Source: Mariprofundaceae bacterium
GTDB lineage: Bacteria; Pseudomonadota; Zetaproteobacteria; Mariprofundales; Mariprofundaceae
DNA: 64,000 nt
NCBI GenBank assembly: GCA_030950585.1
Contig: JAUZRG010000051.1
Span: 607 to 64,606, forward strand
Direction: 5' to 3'
Notes under the pieces: generated by a model
What the model saw: only the letters and a program-made list of their open reading frames with translations
The model's database searches: none
What the model was told of the DNA's origin: nothing
Program-made: the position numbers and the translations under genes
Part shown: one piece after another, positions 39,478-49,600 of the stretch
Position numbering within the stretch: the stretch's first letter is position 1
Layout: each line of letters opens with the position of its first letter

Positions 39478-40872
39478 ATGACTGTTAAAACACGTTTTGC
39501 ACCCTCACCCACAGGTATGCTTCACATTGGTGGCGCACGCACAGCCCTTTATGCTTGGCTACATGCCCGCCACCACGGTGGGCAGTTTGTATTGCGTATC
39601 GAAGATACGGATAAAGAGCGCTCCACCGATGAAGCCACCCAAGTGATTTTAGATGGTTTAAAGTGGCTGGGTCTCAATTGGGATGAAGCGCCAACTTTTC
39701 AGGCTGAACGCATTGAAAAACACAAACAAGCGGTGCAACAACTCATCAACAATGATTTGGCTTATCGCTGTTATTGCAGCAGAGAAGAATTGGATGATAT
39801 GCGCGAAGCACAGCGTGCTGCTGGTCAAAAGCCCATGTACGATGGTCGGTGCCGACACCGTCATGACGAAAAAACAGATCAGCCTTTTGTGATTCGTTTT
39901 CGTTCACCCACTGATGGAGAAACCATCGTCGATGACCAAGTTCTCGGTGCTGTGCATTTTCAAAATAAAGAGATTGATGATCTTATTCTCATGCGTAGCG
40001 ATGGTTCACCCACATACAACCTTGCTGTGGTCGTTGATGATGCTGATATGGGTATTAGTCACGTTATTCGTGGCTCAGACCACCTGAACAACACCCCACG
40101 TCAAATTCAACTTTATCAAGCTTTAAACCTAACCATCCCCACCTTTGCACACATTCCGTTAATTCATGGTGCTGACGGTGCTAAAATGTCCAAACGTCAT
40201 GGTGCAGTGGCGATCACAGACTATAAAAAACAAGGTTATCTCCCTGATGCCGTCGTCAATTACTTGGTACGCCTTGGTTGGTCACATGGTGATGAAGAAA
40301 TCTTTTCTCGCCAACAACTCATTGAACTGTTTGATGTTGCTCAGGTTGGTAAATCAGCCTCTCGTTTTGATACGCAAAAATTAGACTGGCTCAACGCTCA
40401 CTATTTACATACAAGTTCTGCTAATGCGCTTTGTGATGTGGTTCAAGAGCAACTCGACTTCAGCACAAGTACTGGCCCGGAACTCACACAGGTCATTGCC
40501 GCACTGCAAGAACGATCTAAAAACATCTTGGATCTTGCCGCACAAGCGACCATGTTTTATCAAGCGCCTGCAAGCTATGATGCCAAAGCGGTTAAAAAGA
40601 ACTTTAAAGAAGGCACGACAGCATTCGTTGAAAGCTATATCGAACAAGCTCAGCGTCTGCCTGAATGGGAAAAAGAAGCCCTGCATCAACTCATTTCAAC
40701 GACATGTGAAAAGTTTGAAATTAAAATGGGCAAGCTTGCGCAACCTTTGCGCATCTTATTGGCAGGTGTACCTGTGTCACCGCCCATTGATTTAACACTT
40801 TCACTGTTGGGCAGAGAAGAAAGCCTGCAACGTCTCAAACAAGGCTTAGCACAGCTCAGCAACGCATCTTAA
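39478..40872 (+). CDS. gltX: Glutamyl-tRNA synthetase
   Basis: 464 aa with RFAPSPTGMLHIGGARTAL (HIGH) and KMSKRHG motifs. Confidence 0.95.
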   Translation: MTVKTRFAPSPTGMLHIGGARTALYAWLHARHHGGQFVLRIEDTDKERSTDEATQVILDGLKWLGLNWDEAPTFQAERIEKHKQAVQQLINNDLAYRCYCSREELDDMREAQRAAGQKPMYDGRCRHRHDEKTDQPFVIRFRSPTDGETIVDDQVLGAVHFQNKEIDDLILMRSDGSPTYNLAVVVDDADMGISHVIRGSDHLNNTPRQIQLYQALNLTIPTFAHIPLIHGADGAKMSKRHGAVAITDYKKQGYLPDAVVNYLVRLGWSHGDEEIFSRQQLIELFDVAQVGKSASRFDTQKLDWLNAHYLHTSSANALCDVVQEQLDFSTSTGPELTQVIAALQERSKNILDLAAQATMFYQAPASYDAKAVKKNFKEGTTAFVESYIEQAQRLPEWEKEALHQLISTTCEKFEIKMGKLAQPLRILLAGVPVSPPIDLTLSLLGREESLQRLKQGLAQLSNAS

Positions 40873-40881
40873 GTTCAGCAC

Positions 40882-40913
40882 CCCCCGAGATAAACCTCGG
40901 GGGATTAATTTTT
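40882..40913. terminator. Intrinsic terminator shared by gltX and the convergent YD-repeat gene
   Basis: CCCCCGAG-ATAAAC-CTCGGGGG hairpin followed by ATTAATTTTT. Confidence 0.7.
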
Positions 40914-40960
40914 AAAACATACTTTTCATGAGATACTCTCATGGCAATAACAGCTTGATA

Positions 40961-42644
40961 TCAAAAATTAAAATCAACACCTGCGGGCTTCACAAGACCA
41001 AGCAGTGATTGAAACATTTGTGTCACCTTTAAAGCTATTCTACTGTCGTTATCACCATCACTTTTCACCGATGTAATCTCACCCGCATCATCATATTCAA
41101 CATCAATACCACCCACATCCTTCATCTGAATATGACTTGGTTTACCTAACTGATTATAACGAAAACGCATCACTCGCTCTTTTTCTATCATTTGAATGAT
41201 TCGCCCCTGATCAGCAGAGCCTTCTTTGCCATACAACAAGTCAACACGCTTTCCTAAGTGGTTCTCAGCATGGCTTAAGTGACCTTGTGCATTATAAGCA
41301 AAAGCAGACCATGTCGAAGCCCCATCATTCCAATGCTTATCCACACGACTAATATGATGATGGATGGCATCATAGCTAATGTTTATAGTGGTCGAAGGTG
41401 TTATTTTTTCAATGAAACGCTCACTGTCAGGAGCATAACGAAAATGTGTGACATAGCCCTCTCGCTCGATGCGCAAAGGCAAACCTGATCGAGTCAACTC
41501 TGTTTTGGTCGTCACACCCTGCTGACGAAATTCTCGATGTGTCAACCAAGAGTGACCTCCATTCAATGACTTAAACCAGAAACGAAGTTGCTGTTCCGTT
41601 TTAAGCCCCCGATAAGTCTTTCTTTTAACTTCAACATCCCATGATTGATCACCCGTATAAGTAAACACACGTTGCACACGGTTTTGATCCACAGTCGCCA
41701 CCACAAGCTGTGAATCAGATTCATAACGAATCGTTTCACGTGAAACAAAAGGTGATGACTGAACGGCGATCAAGCGAGCTTGATCATCATACCAATAATT
41801 AAAACCCTTTTTTTTTTGCATTTCGACTATAGAGCAACACAGCTCTATCACCGTAAATATAATAACTTTCTTGAGAGTTTTGAGAAGAGATAAGATCAAC
41901 TCGCCCTTGCCTATTCAAGCTCAACTGTAGCCCATGACCTGCTTTATCTTCAATGCGAATAGCATCCAAATCATAACTGAGTTGTAAGAATGACTTATCC
42001 TTGTGCCAAAGACGAAATAATCGACCTTGGGAATCAAAATCATGGGTTAAAATTCCATTGACAGTATGACGGTAACCCCAAGGCATCGCTTTTAAATCAT
42101 GACAAGCGCAACCATGAGTCTCCCACTTCTGAGAATCTGTCGTCACAAAATCATAAGCCATACCCAAGCCCACAGCATGCTGCCACTGCTCTAAACGCTC
42201 AGAAGCATGCTCACGCAAAGACTGATACCATTTATCACTTTTTTTACTTTGATTGTCTTGCATAAAAGATCGTATTGTTGCAACGGATTGTGATGCCATC
42301 TTTCCCTGATCAGATCCACGCTGGAACCATGTGGCTTTGCCATGACCACTTTCTTGTAACACGATCGCATCTGGCATAAACGTCAGTTGTGTTTCAAATG
42401 TTGAGCCCCAACCAAGACCAAACCAACCCACATAAGAACTGTTTGAACGATAATAACGTGATAGTGAGATATTTAATGAATCAAGCCTGACAACATCTTG
42501 ATACTGTTTTTGATAAGAACCTGTTTTTAAATCGACTTCTGCCCATGCGCTCATGGCATTCATCGTTACAAAAAAGAATAAAACCAAACATAAAATAAAA
42601 TCACATGATTTTGAACATAAGCCATACTGCCAGTATCGCATCAC
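40961..42644 (-). pseudogene. Secreted YD/RHS-repeat protein, reading frame broken at an A10 tract (two ORFs of 281 and 312 aa in the track); possibly phase-variable
   Basis: The N-terminal ORF has a signal peptide (..MSAWA|EV) and the typical YD-shell start (VDLKTGSY...LSRYYRSNS...GLGWGSTFE). The C-terminal ORF carries YD-type repeats (FRYAPDSERF, FAYNAQGHLSH, FRYNQLGKP, VEYDDAGEITSV). Removing one A from the tract joins them in frame as ...YIYGDRAVLLYSRNAKKKGFNYWYDDQARLIAV..., giving ~560 aa. Confidence 0.7.
41808..41817 (-). repeat. Homopolymeric A10 (coding strand) tract at the frameshift point of the YD-repeat gene
   Basis: I counted ten consecutive T on the plus strand (41808..41817). 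Both overlapping ORFs read Lys-Lys-Lys-Gly-Phe across it in different frames. Confidence 0.9.
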
Positions 42645-42674
42645 AGACCTCTCTGACTCACACCTAAAAATATA

Positions 42675-45041
42675 TCATAGTCCCGTTAAAGCACCCCGAA
42701 CCACCCAACTAAAGTTATCAATTTCAAAAGGTTTCTTCACAATGGTTTCGGCACAGCCTAAGCCGTTATCAAGCGAATCTTCTTCATGATAACCTGTAAT
42801 AAAAACAATTTTTACATTAGACTGACATTCACGAATCGCTTTTGCAGCTCCCACACCACCCAAGCCTGGCATGACAACATCTAAAACGACCAAATCAATC
42901 TCACTTTCTCTGGCCATAAATATTTCAACAGCCTCTTGACCATCTTTTGCTGTGATCACACGATACCCCATCAACTCCAAAGCATCGCAAGTCATTTCAC
43001 GCACGACTGCTTCATCATCAGCAATTAGAACTGTTTCTCCCTGACCTTCTGCTAAAGCCTGTTTTATTGGTTTTTCTTCCACTTGAGTTGGTGCATGCAA
43101 CAAAGGTAAATAAGCATGAAATGTGGAACCCACACCCAGCTCACTCTCCACATTGATATAACCACGGTGTGACTTCACAGCACCATACACCATTGATAAA
43201 CCCAGTCCTGTTCCTTTATGACCTTTGGAAGTAAAGAAAGGTTCAAATATCTTTTTAATATTATCCGTCTTCATGCCACAGCCATTATCTTGAATGCTTA
43301 AATGTGCAAACACACCAGCAATAGCCCCGCGATTTTTTTGTAGAAAATTCTGATCAGCTTCATAAGTCTCAAGGCAGACCTTAATACTAGGTTGATCCAC
43401 ACCTGTTAACGCATCTCGTGCATTAATAATTAAGTTAAGTAACATTTGTTGAAGCAGGGTCATATCACCTGTAACCGATAGTGATTCATGACAAATATCA
43501 TACATTAAATCAATTTTTTCAGGTACCGACGTTTTATGTAAATTCAACGTTTCTTTAATTAAAGCATTCAAAAATACTGGTTTCATATCAACAATGCCTT
43601 TACGTGAAAAGGTGAGCATTTGCTGAATGGTTTGCGCTGCACGCGAACTTAATGCTTCAAGCTGCACAAGGTGATCCATCACATCTTGTGACTTACTCGC
43701 CTTAATCTTGGCCATGTACATATGACCATTCATCCCCGCTAAAACATTATTAAATTCATGTGCAATACCACCAACCATAGCGCCAACAGCTTCCATTTTT
43801 TGCGCTTGCATAAAACTTTCTTCTAACTTGGTATGTTCGGTAATATCATGAATGGTGCCAATCAGTTGTAAAATATTGCCTTGAGAACTCGTATGAACTT
43901 CTGTTTGCTCATGAACAATGCGCTCATCACCATTGGACAGAACAACACGCAAAACAGTATTCGTTGCCTTCCCAGCCCTTAAGCTGTTCATAATATGATC
44001 TAATTTTCCTATATCTTCAGGGTGAATAAACTGGCGACACAAGGCAATCGAAGGTTTTATTGAATCAGGATTGCTATCTAAAATATGAAACAACTCATCT
44101 GAGAAATAGATATCATCATCTGAGATATTCCACTCCCAACCACCTAAATGAGAAATATGCTGTGCTTTTTCAAGACGGAGCTTCACCTTACGCAAAGTCG
44201 TTTCTATTTTTTGAGCATTGTTAATTTCTGATAAAATCGCGCAATAATGCGTTAATCTTTTTTTCTGATTGTAGATACCGCTAATATGCGCCCAGACATT
44301 GTAATCTTCTCCAGACTTGCGTCTAAACAATAACTCACCTTGCCATTCACCTTGTTCAATTAAGGCAGCAAATAACAACTCATGTTTTTTCACATCACTA
44401 TACTCAGACGTAAAATCAATAATCTCGTGGCCTAAAACGTCGTTTTCACTCAAGCCACTTAACTGAGAAAAGGCAGGGTTAATGCGTTCAACTACACCTT
44501 TTTCATCTGTGATCACCACGCTTTCGTGTGTGTCATGAATGGCTTGATCGGCCAAAATAAGCTGAGACTCCGCGCTTTCACGCAAAGCAACCTCTCGTGT
44601 TAACTTCAAATTATTGACTTCTAATTTCTTATTGTGATATTTTAGTGCTTGATGTGTGCGATAAAGATCAACAAATATATCAACCTTAGATATTAAAATC
44701 TGCGGCTGAATAGGCTTCATCACATAATCAACAGCACCGCTTGCATAAGCCTTTACTTCCATCGAACCTTCACGATCAAATGCCGTTAAAAAAACAATCG
44801 GGATACGTTGACAACTTTCTTTTGACTTTAAGAGCTGAACGGTTTCAAAACCATCTAAACCGGGCATTTGAACATCCATTAGAATCACTGCAAAATCTTG
44901 ATCTTTTAATAAAATTTCAAGAGCAGCCTCGCCAGATGAAGCACAAACCAATTCACGATCATCGGCCTCAAGCAATGGCTCCAGAGCCAATAAATTCGCT
45001 TCTATATCATCAACAAGAAGAATTTTAATCGGTTGATTCAT
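42675..45041 (-). CDS. Hybrid sensor histidine kinase: REC - coiled coil - PAS - PAS - HisKA - HATPase - REC
   Basis: 788 aa. The N-terminal receiver has ILLVDD...LMDVQMPGLDG...LTA. The H-box is GIAHEFNNVL, with N/G boxes NLIINARDA, DNGCGM and GTGLGLS. The C-terminal receiver has VLIADDE...VLDVVMPGLGG. Confidence 0.88.
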   Translation of the reverse strand: MNQPIKILLVDDIEANLLALEPLLEADDRELVCASSGEAALEILLKDQDFAVILMDVQMPGLDGFETVQLLKSKESCQRIPIVFLTAFDREGSMEVKAYASGAVDYVMKPIQPQILISKVDIFVDLYRTHQALKYHNKKLEVNNLKLTREVALRESAESQLILADQAIHDTHESVVITDEKGVVERINPAFSQLSGLSENDVLGHEIIDFTSEYSDVKKHELLFAALIEQGEWQGELLFRRKSGEDYNVWAHISGIYNQKKRLTHYCAILSEINNAQKIETTLRKVKLRLEKAQHISHLGGWEWNISDDDIYFSDELFHILDSNPDSIKPSIALCRQFIHPEDIGKLDHIMNSLRAGKATNTVLRVVLSNGDERIVHEQTEVHTSSQGNILQLIGTIHDITEHTKLEESFMQAQKMEAVGAMVGGIAHEFNNVLAGMNGHMYMAKIKASKSQDVMDHLVQLEALSSRAAQTIQQMLTFSRKGIVDMKPVFLNALIKETLNLHKTSVPEKIDLMYDICHESLSVTGDMTLLQQMLLNLIINARDALTGVDQPSIKVCLETYEADQNFLQKNRGAIAGVFAHLSIQDNGCGMKTDNIKKIFEPFFTSKGHKGTGLGLSMVYGAVKSHRGYINVESELGVGSTFHAYLPLLHAPTQVEEKPIKQALAEGQGETVLIADDEAVVREMTCDALELMGYRVITAKDGQEAVEIFMARESEIDLVVLDVVMPGLGGVGAAKAIRECQSNVKIVFITGYHEEDSLDNGLGCAETIVKKPFEIDNFSWVVRGALTGL

Positions 45042-45163
45042 CTTTTATTCTCCACGGCATTATGCCAGATATGCGATACCATCATTAAAACTAAACACAC
45101 CAATGGTTTCAACTCAAGGCCACGACTATGGCTTGATCTCTATTTTTTTCAAAAACATCATAC

Positions 45164-45739
45164 TTATGTTAAAAATAAATGCTGTATAAAATCATTCGTT
45201 TTCATGTTTTTTGCTGTCGGAACGCACTGAATAGCTGCTTCAGGCATAAAAGGAAAAGCTGCCTCACTAGGGTCTTCCACCAAACAAACGCCTCCTAGAC
45301 GCTCAATATATGCCAAACCTTCTGAGCCATCACAACCCATCCCCGTTAACACCATCCCAATCAAACGACATTGAAACACATCTGCAGCTGATTCAAATAA
45401 AATATTAATAGAAGGTCGACAACTATGTACCAGCTCATCTTGAGATAAGGACATCATCGTGGAGGATTCAATCATCAAGTGATAATCAGCAGGAGCGATA
45501 TAAACATGGCCAGCAAGAATACTCATTTTATCTTCTGCCTCTAACAATGGTAATGGGCAAATATCAGACAAAACATCACATAAATAATGCTTACCATCCG
45601 CTTTTTGATGCACCACTATAAAAATAGGGCAAGGGCAACTTTGAGGTAATTGTGACAAAAACTTTAACAGAAAATCAATACCACCTGCCGAAGCGCCGAT
45701 CACAATCGCATCAATATGACGGTATGGGGGTGCAAACAT
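45164..45739 (-). CDS. cheB: CheB-type protein-glutamate methylesterase, catalytic domain only (no receiver domain)
   Basis: 191 aa. GASAGG (Ser nucleophile), VVHQ (His) and LTGMGCDG (Asp) are spaced as in the CheB catalytic domain. No REC domain is present. Confidence 0.8.
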   Translation of the reverse strand: MFAPPYRHIDAIVIGASAGGIDFLLKFLSQLPQSCPCPIFIVVHQKADGKHYLCDVLSDICPLPLLEAEDKMSILAGHVYIAPADYHLMIESSTMMSLSQDELVHSCRPSINILFESAADVFQCRLIGMVLTGMGCDGSEGLAYIERLGGVCLVEDPSEAAFPFMPEAAIQCVPTAKNMKTNDFIQHLFLT

Positions 45740-45741
45740 AC

Positions 45742-46545
45742 TTAATTGCTCTTTCGATAAATGCGATGTTGTGCATTAAAAGCCTGAAAATGACCTTGAA
45801 GATGAACACTTTCTTTTTGACCCACAGCCAATAAACCTAAAGGACGTAAACTTTGATGCATTAAGCCCAATACTTTCGTTTTTAGTTCTGTATTAAAGTA
45901 AATCATCACATTACGACACAAGATAATTTCAAACTCTTGAAAAGGACCATCCGTTGCTAAATTATGATTACAAAAAGTTATTTTATCTTTCAAGCTGGGT
46001 TTGAAAATAACATTACCATAACGAGCAACATAATATTCTGAAAAATCTTCACAGCCCCCTGCTGCATGATAATTATGAATCGCACTTTTTATATGAGACA
46101 ATGGGTATATCCCTTCACGGGCAATTTTTAATGCTTTTTCATTAATATCGGTTGCATAAATACGCGCACGATCAAGCAAACCTGCTTCCAATAAAAGAAT
46201 AGCCAATGAATAAACTTCTTCACCTGTGGAACAACCTGCATGCCAAATATTAAATAGAGGGAAAGTATGCAAAACAGGAATTACTTCTTGGCGAAGCACA
46301 CGATAAAATTCAGCATCGCGAAACATCTCAGTCACATACACGGAAATATCTAATAAAAGCTGATCCATCGCTTCAGCATGATGTAAAACACGGTCTTGCA
46401 ATAACGAGATCGTTTCAAGCTTATGAATCATCATATGCCTTTTAATGCGTCGTTTAATAGATGCGCGCGCGTAATCTCTAAAGTCATGCCCATACTTTTG
46501 ATAAATGCCTTCCAACAATAATGTTAATTCAATATCCTCAATCAC
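45742..46545 (-). CDS. cheR: CheR-type protein-glutamate O-methyltransferase
   Basis: 267 aa with an N-terminal helical CheR domain (YGHDFRDYARASIKRRI), a SAM-binding region (IWHAGCSTGEEVYSLAILL) and ILCRNVMIYF. A 2-nt gap separates it from cheB. Confidence 0.85.
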   Translation of the reverse strand: MIEDIELTLLLEGIYQKYGHDFRDYARASIKRRIKRHMMIHKLETISLLQDRVLHHAEAMDQLLLDISVYVTEMFRDAEFYRVLRQEVIPVLHTFPLFNIWHAGCSTGEEVYSLAILLLEAGLLDRARIYATDINEKALKIAREGIYPLSHIKSAIHNYHAAGGCEDFSEYYVARYGNVIFKPSLKDKITFCNHNLATDGPFQEFEIILCRNVMIYFNTELKTKVLGLMHQSLRPLGLLAVGQKESVHLQGHFQAFNAQHRIYRKSN

Positions 46546-46603
46546 AATATATATCCAAATATTTCTCGTTGCATATTAAACCTACTCTCATCAATGAAAG
46601 ACA

Positions 46604-49600
46604 TTAATCATGCAGCCAAACACGCATCAAAGAAATCAATTTATCCGTATCAATGGGTTTGGTAATATAATCTGATGCACCCGCAGCGATACACTGCTCA
46701 CGATCCCCTTTCATGGCTTTGGCTGTCAATGCAATCACAGGTAAATTTTGATGTGCTTTTATCTTCCTTATTTCTCTGGTGGCAGTATGACCATCCATTT
46801 CTGGCATCATCACATCCATCAATACCAATGAGATTTTATCGGCATGCCTTTCTAAAACAGACAAGGCTTCCAAGCCATTTCTTGCTGTATGAATAATCAA
46901 CTCATGACCTTCTAAATAACTAGAAAGAGAGTATATATTACGAATATCATCATCAACCAACAAAACAACGTTACCTGCCAACGTCACTTCTTGTTCTCGC
47001 ACATGATTAATCAAACTTTGCCTGTCTTTTGACATATCCTCTTCTAATTGGTGTAAGAACAAGCTTGTTTCAGCCAAAAGTCGATCTGGAGAATATGAGC
47101 CTTTCACAATAATGCTTTTTGACATCCCTTGTAATCGCTCAACTTCGTCAACATTTAAATCTTTGCCTGTATGCACAATGATAGGCAACACATGACCTTG
47201 ATTAATATGACCTTCTTCTTGCGCAATCACTTCTAACACTTGCTCTCCACTCATATCAGGCAAACTCAAATCAAGAACCATGCAATCAACATGGACTTGC
47301 CTTAGAATATCTAAAGCTTCCTGCCCTGTAGAAGCTGTTAATAACTCCACGTTATTTGAAGCCAACAACTGACTCATCGCATCCTGTTGGACGGGGTCAT
47401 CTTCAGCAATGAGTAAACGGCAAATATCTTTTTCAAGAAAAGCACTGATCTCATTAATCGTATGATCCAAACGACTTTTATCCGCAGGCTTATGTACAAA
47501 AGAAAGCGCACCAGCATTAAGCACGCGCTGTTCAGATTCTTCATCCATACAAGAAATAATATGCACAGGAATATGCTTTAATTTAGGATGTTGTTTTAAA
47601 CGATCCAAAACACTCATGCCGTCTAAAATAGGCAGTTGTAAATCAAGCAAGATCGCATCAGGCACATATTGATGTGCTAACGACAATGCATGATCACCAC
47701 GCATCGCATTGATGGCTTTAAAGCCATGTTCTCGTACCAATGTTTGTAAGATTTCTGAAAAGGTTTCATCATCTTCAATAATTTGAATCGTTCGATCACT
47801 GCTGGTGATGCTATCGCGGTCATCAGCCATTGGGTTAGGAATTGCATCCTGTGTGCTAACGTCGTGATCCAATACCTCTATCTCTTGTATAGGCTGTATT
47901 TTCGTTATGATACTTTTCTTTCTTGTATGAGGTATTTTCTTTTCTTCAGGCTCATCTATGCCACAGCTAATTGGAATCACTAAACTAAAAGAACTTCCTA
48001 CTCCTTGCTCACTTTGAACAGAAATACCCCCACCCAATAAGCTTGAAAGTTCACGACAAATGGATAAACCCAAGCCAGTTCCTCCGTACTTACGACTTGT
48101 GGAACCATCTTCTTGCTGAAAGGCTTCAAAAATATCATTAAGCTTCTTCTGTGCAATGCCAGCCCCCGAATCAGTCACCGTAAAACATATTTGCTCTGCA
48201 TCACATACCTCGACCTTAAGGCTAACCTCACCAGTGCTTGTAAATTTAAAGGCATTAGAAAGTAGGTTTTTAAGCACTTGTTTCACACGCATACTGTCAC
48301 TAAATATCATTTCTGGTGCTGTATCAGCAAGCTCAACCACAAACATCACATGATTACCTTCTGCCACATGAGAAAAATCACGTTGCATCGCATCGGTTAA
48401 ATCACGTAAAGGAAAACGATGTGGATCCAAAACCATTTTGCCCGCTTCAACCTTAGCCAAATCAAGAATATCATTAATTAAAGCCAATAAATCGATACCT
48501 GAACCATAAATGGTTTGTGCAAATTTCACTTGCTTTTCGCTTAAATTATTGCCTTTATTCTTAGCCAGCATATCTGAAAGAATAAGCAAACTATTCAGAG
48601 GTGTGCGTAACTCATGTGACATATTGGATAAGAAATCTGATTTATACTGACTTGCTCGTTCTAACTCAGCGGCTTTGATTGATAGCGACTGGGTTGATTC
48701 CGCTAAACCTTTTCGCTGTTCTTCCACCATTTTATTTTTGGCAAGCAACTCATCATTATTCAGACGCAATTCTTCTTCTTGCGCATGCAGCTCTTCTGTT
48801 AATGCCCGAGACTCTTCCAATAATTTTTCCGTACTCCACGCTTGCTGCACAGACTGCAAAGCCATGCCTAAAATAGGCGATAACTGCTTCAGCATCTTCT
48901 CTTGAATCGGGCTAAGTCCATGCACACTTGCCAACTCAATCACACCAATTAATGCTGTATCTGCTAACAATGGTACTTCTATCAGAAGTTGAGGTGCGAC
49001 CTTACCTAAAGAGGACTGAATATAAAGATAACCACTGGGAAGCTCCTCAGTCATAATCATTTTCTTTTCAAGCGCACACTGCCCTGTCAAACCCTCGCCC
49101 AGTTTAATCGTCTGAGCCAAGTCATGCCCCGAACAAGCATAGTGACTTTGAAAGGCAAGCCAATTTAATTCTTCTTCCCAAAGATAAAAAGAAGCATAAC
49201 TAACCCCCAGCATCGGTGGTAAAACTTGCATGATCATCGTTGCAATAGGCTTGATTTCTTTTTGGCCTTGTAGGTTTAAACTAATTTCAGCCAAACATGA
49301 TTTTAACCAATCTTGCTCTTCTGCATTGGCCGTGCTTTCACGCAAGGACTGTGTCATATGCAAAAGCGAACGTCTTAATTCATCTTTATCATGTTGAACA
49401 TGAATCTCAACATTGTAATTTCCACGTGCAACCTCTGCTGCCATAGCCGATAAAGATTGTAAGGTTTGGTTCATCTGCAATAAAGACTGACCCAAAGCAT
49501 CCGACTCCCCGCAAACATCAAGCCCATGACTAAAATCACCCTGAGCAATCCGTATCGACTGATCAATGGTGTGCTGCATACTTCGGTCTAGTTTACGGCC

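Noticed and set aside
41822-41899. The N-terminal 26 residues of the second YD-repeat ORF (MILSLLKTLKKVIIFTVIELCCSIVE)
   Set aside because: This stretch is an out-of-frame reading of the 3' end of the first YD ORF, so it is not a real N-terminus. If the C-terminal half is translated independently, the ATG at 41821 would be the candidate start.
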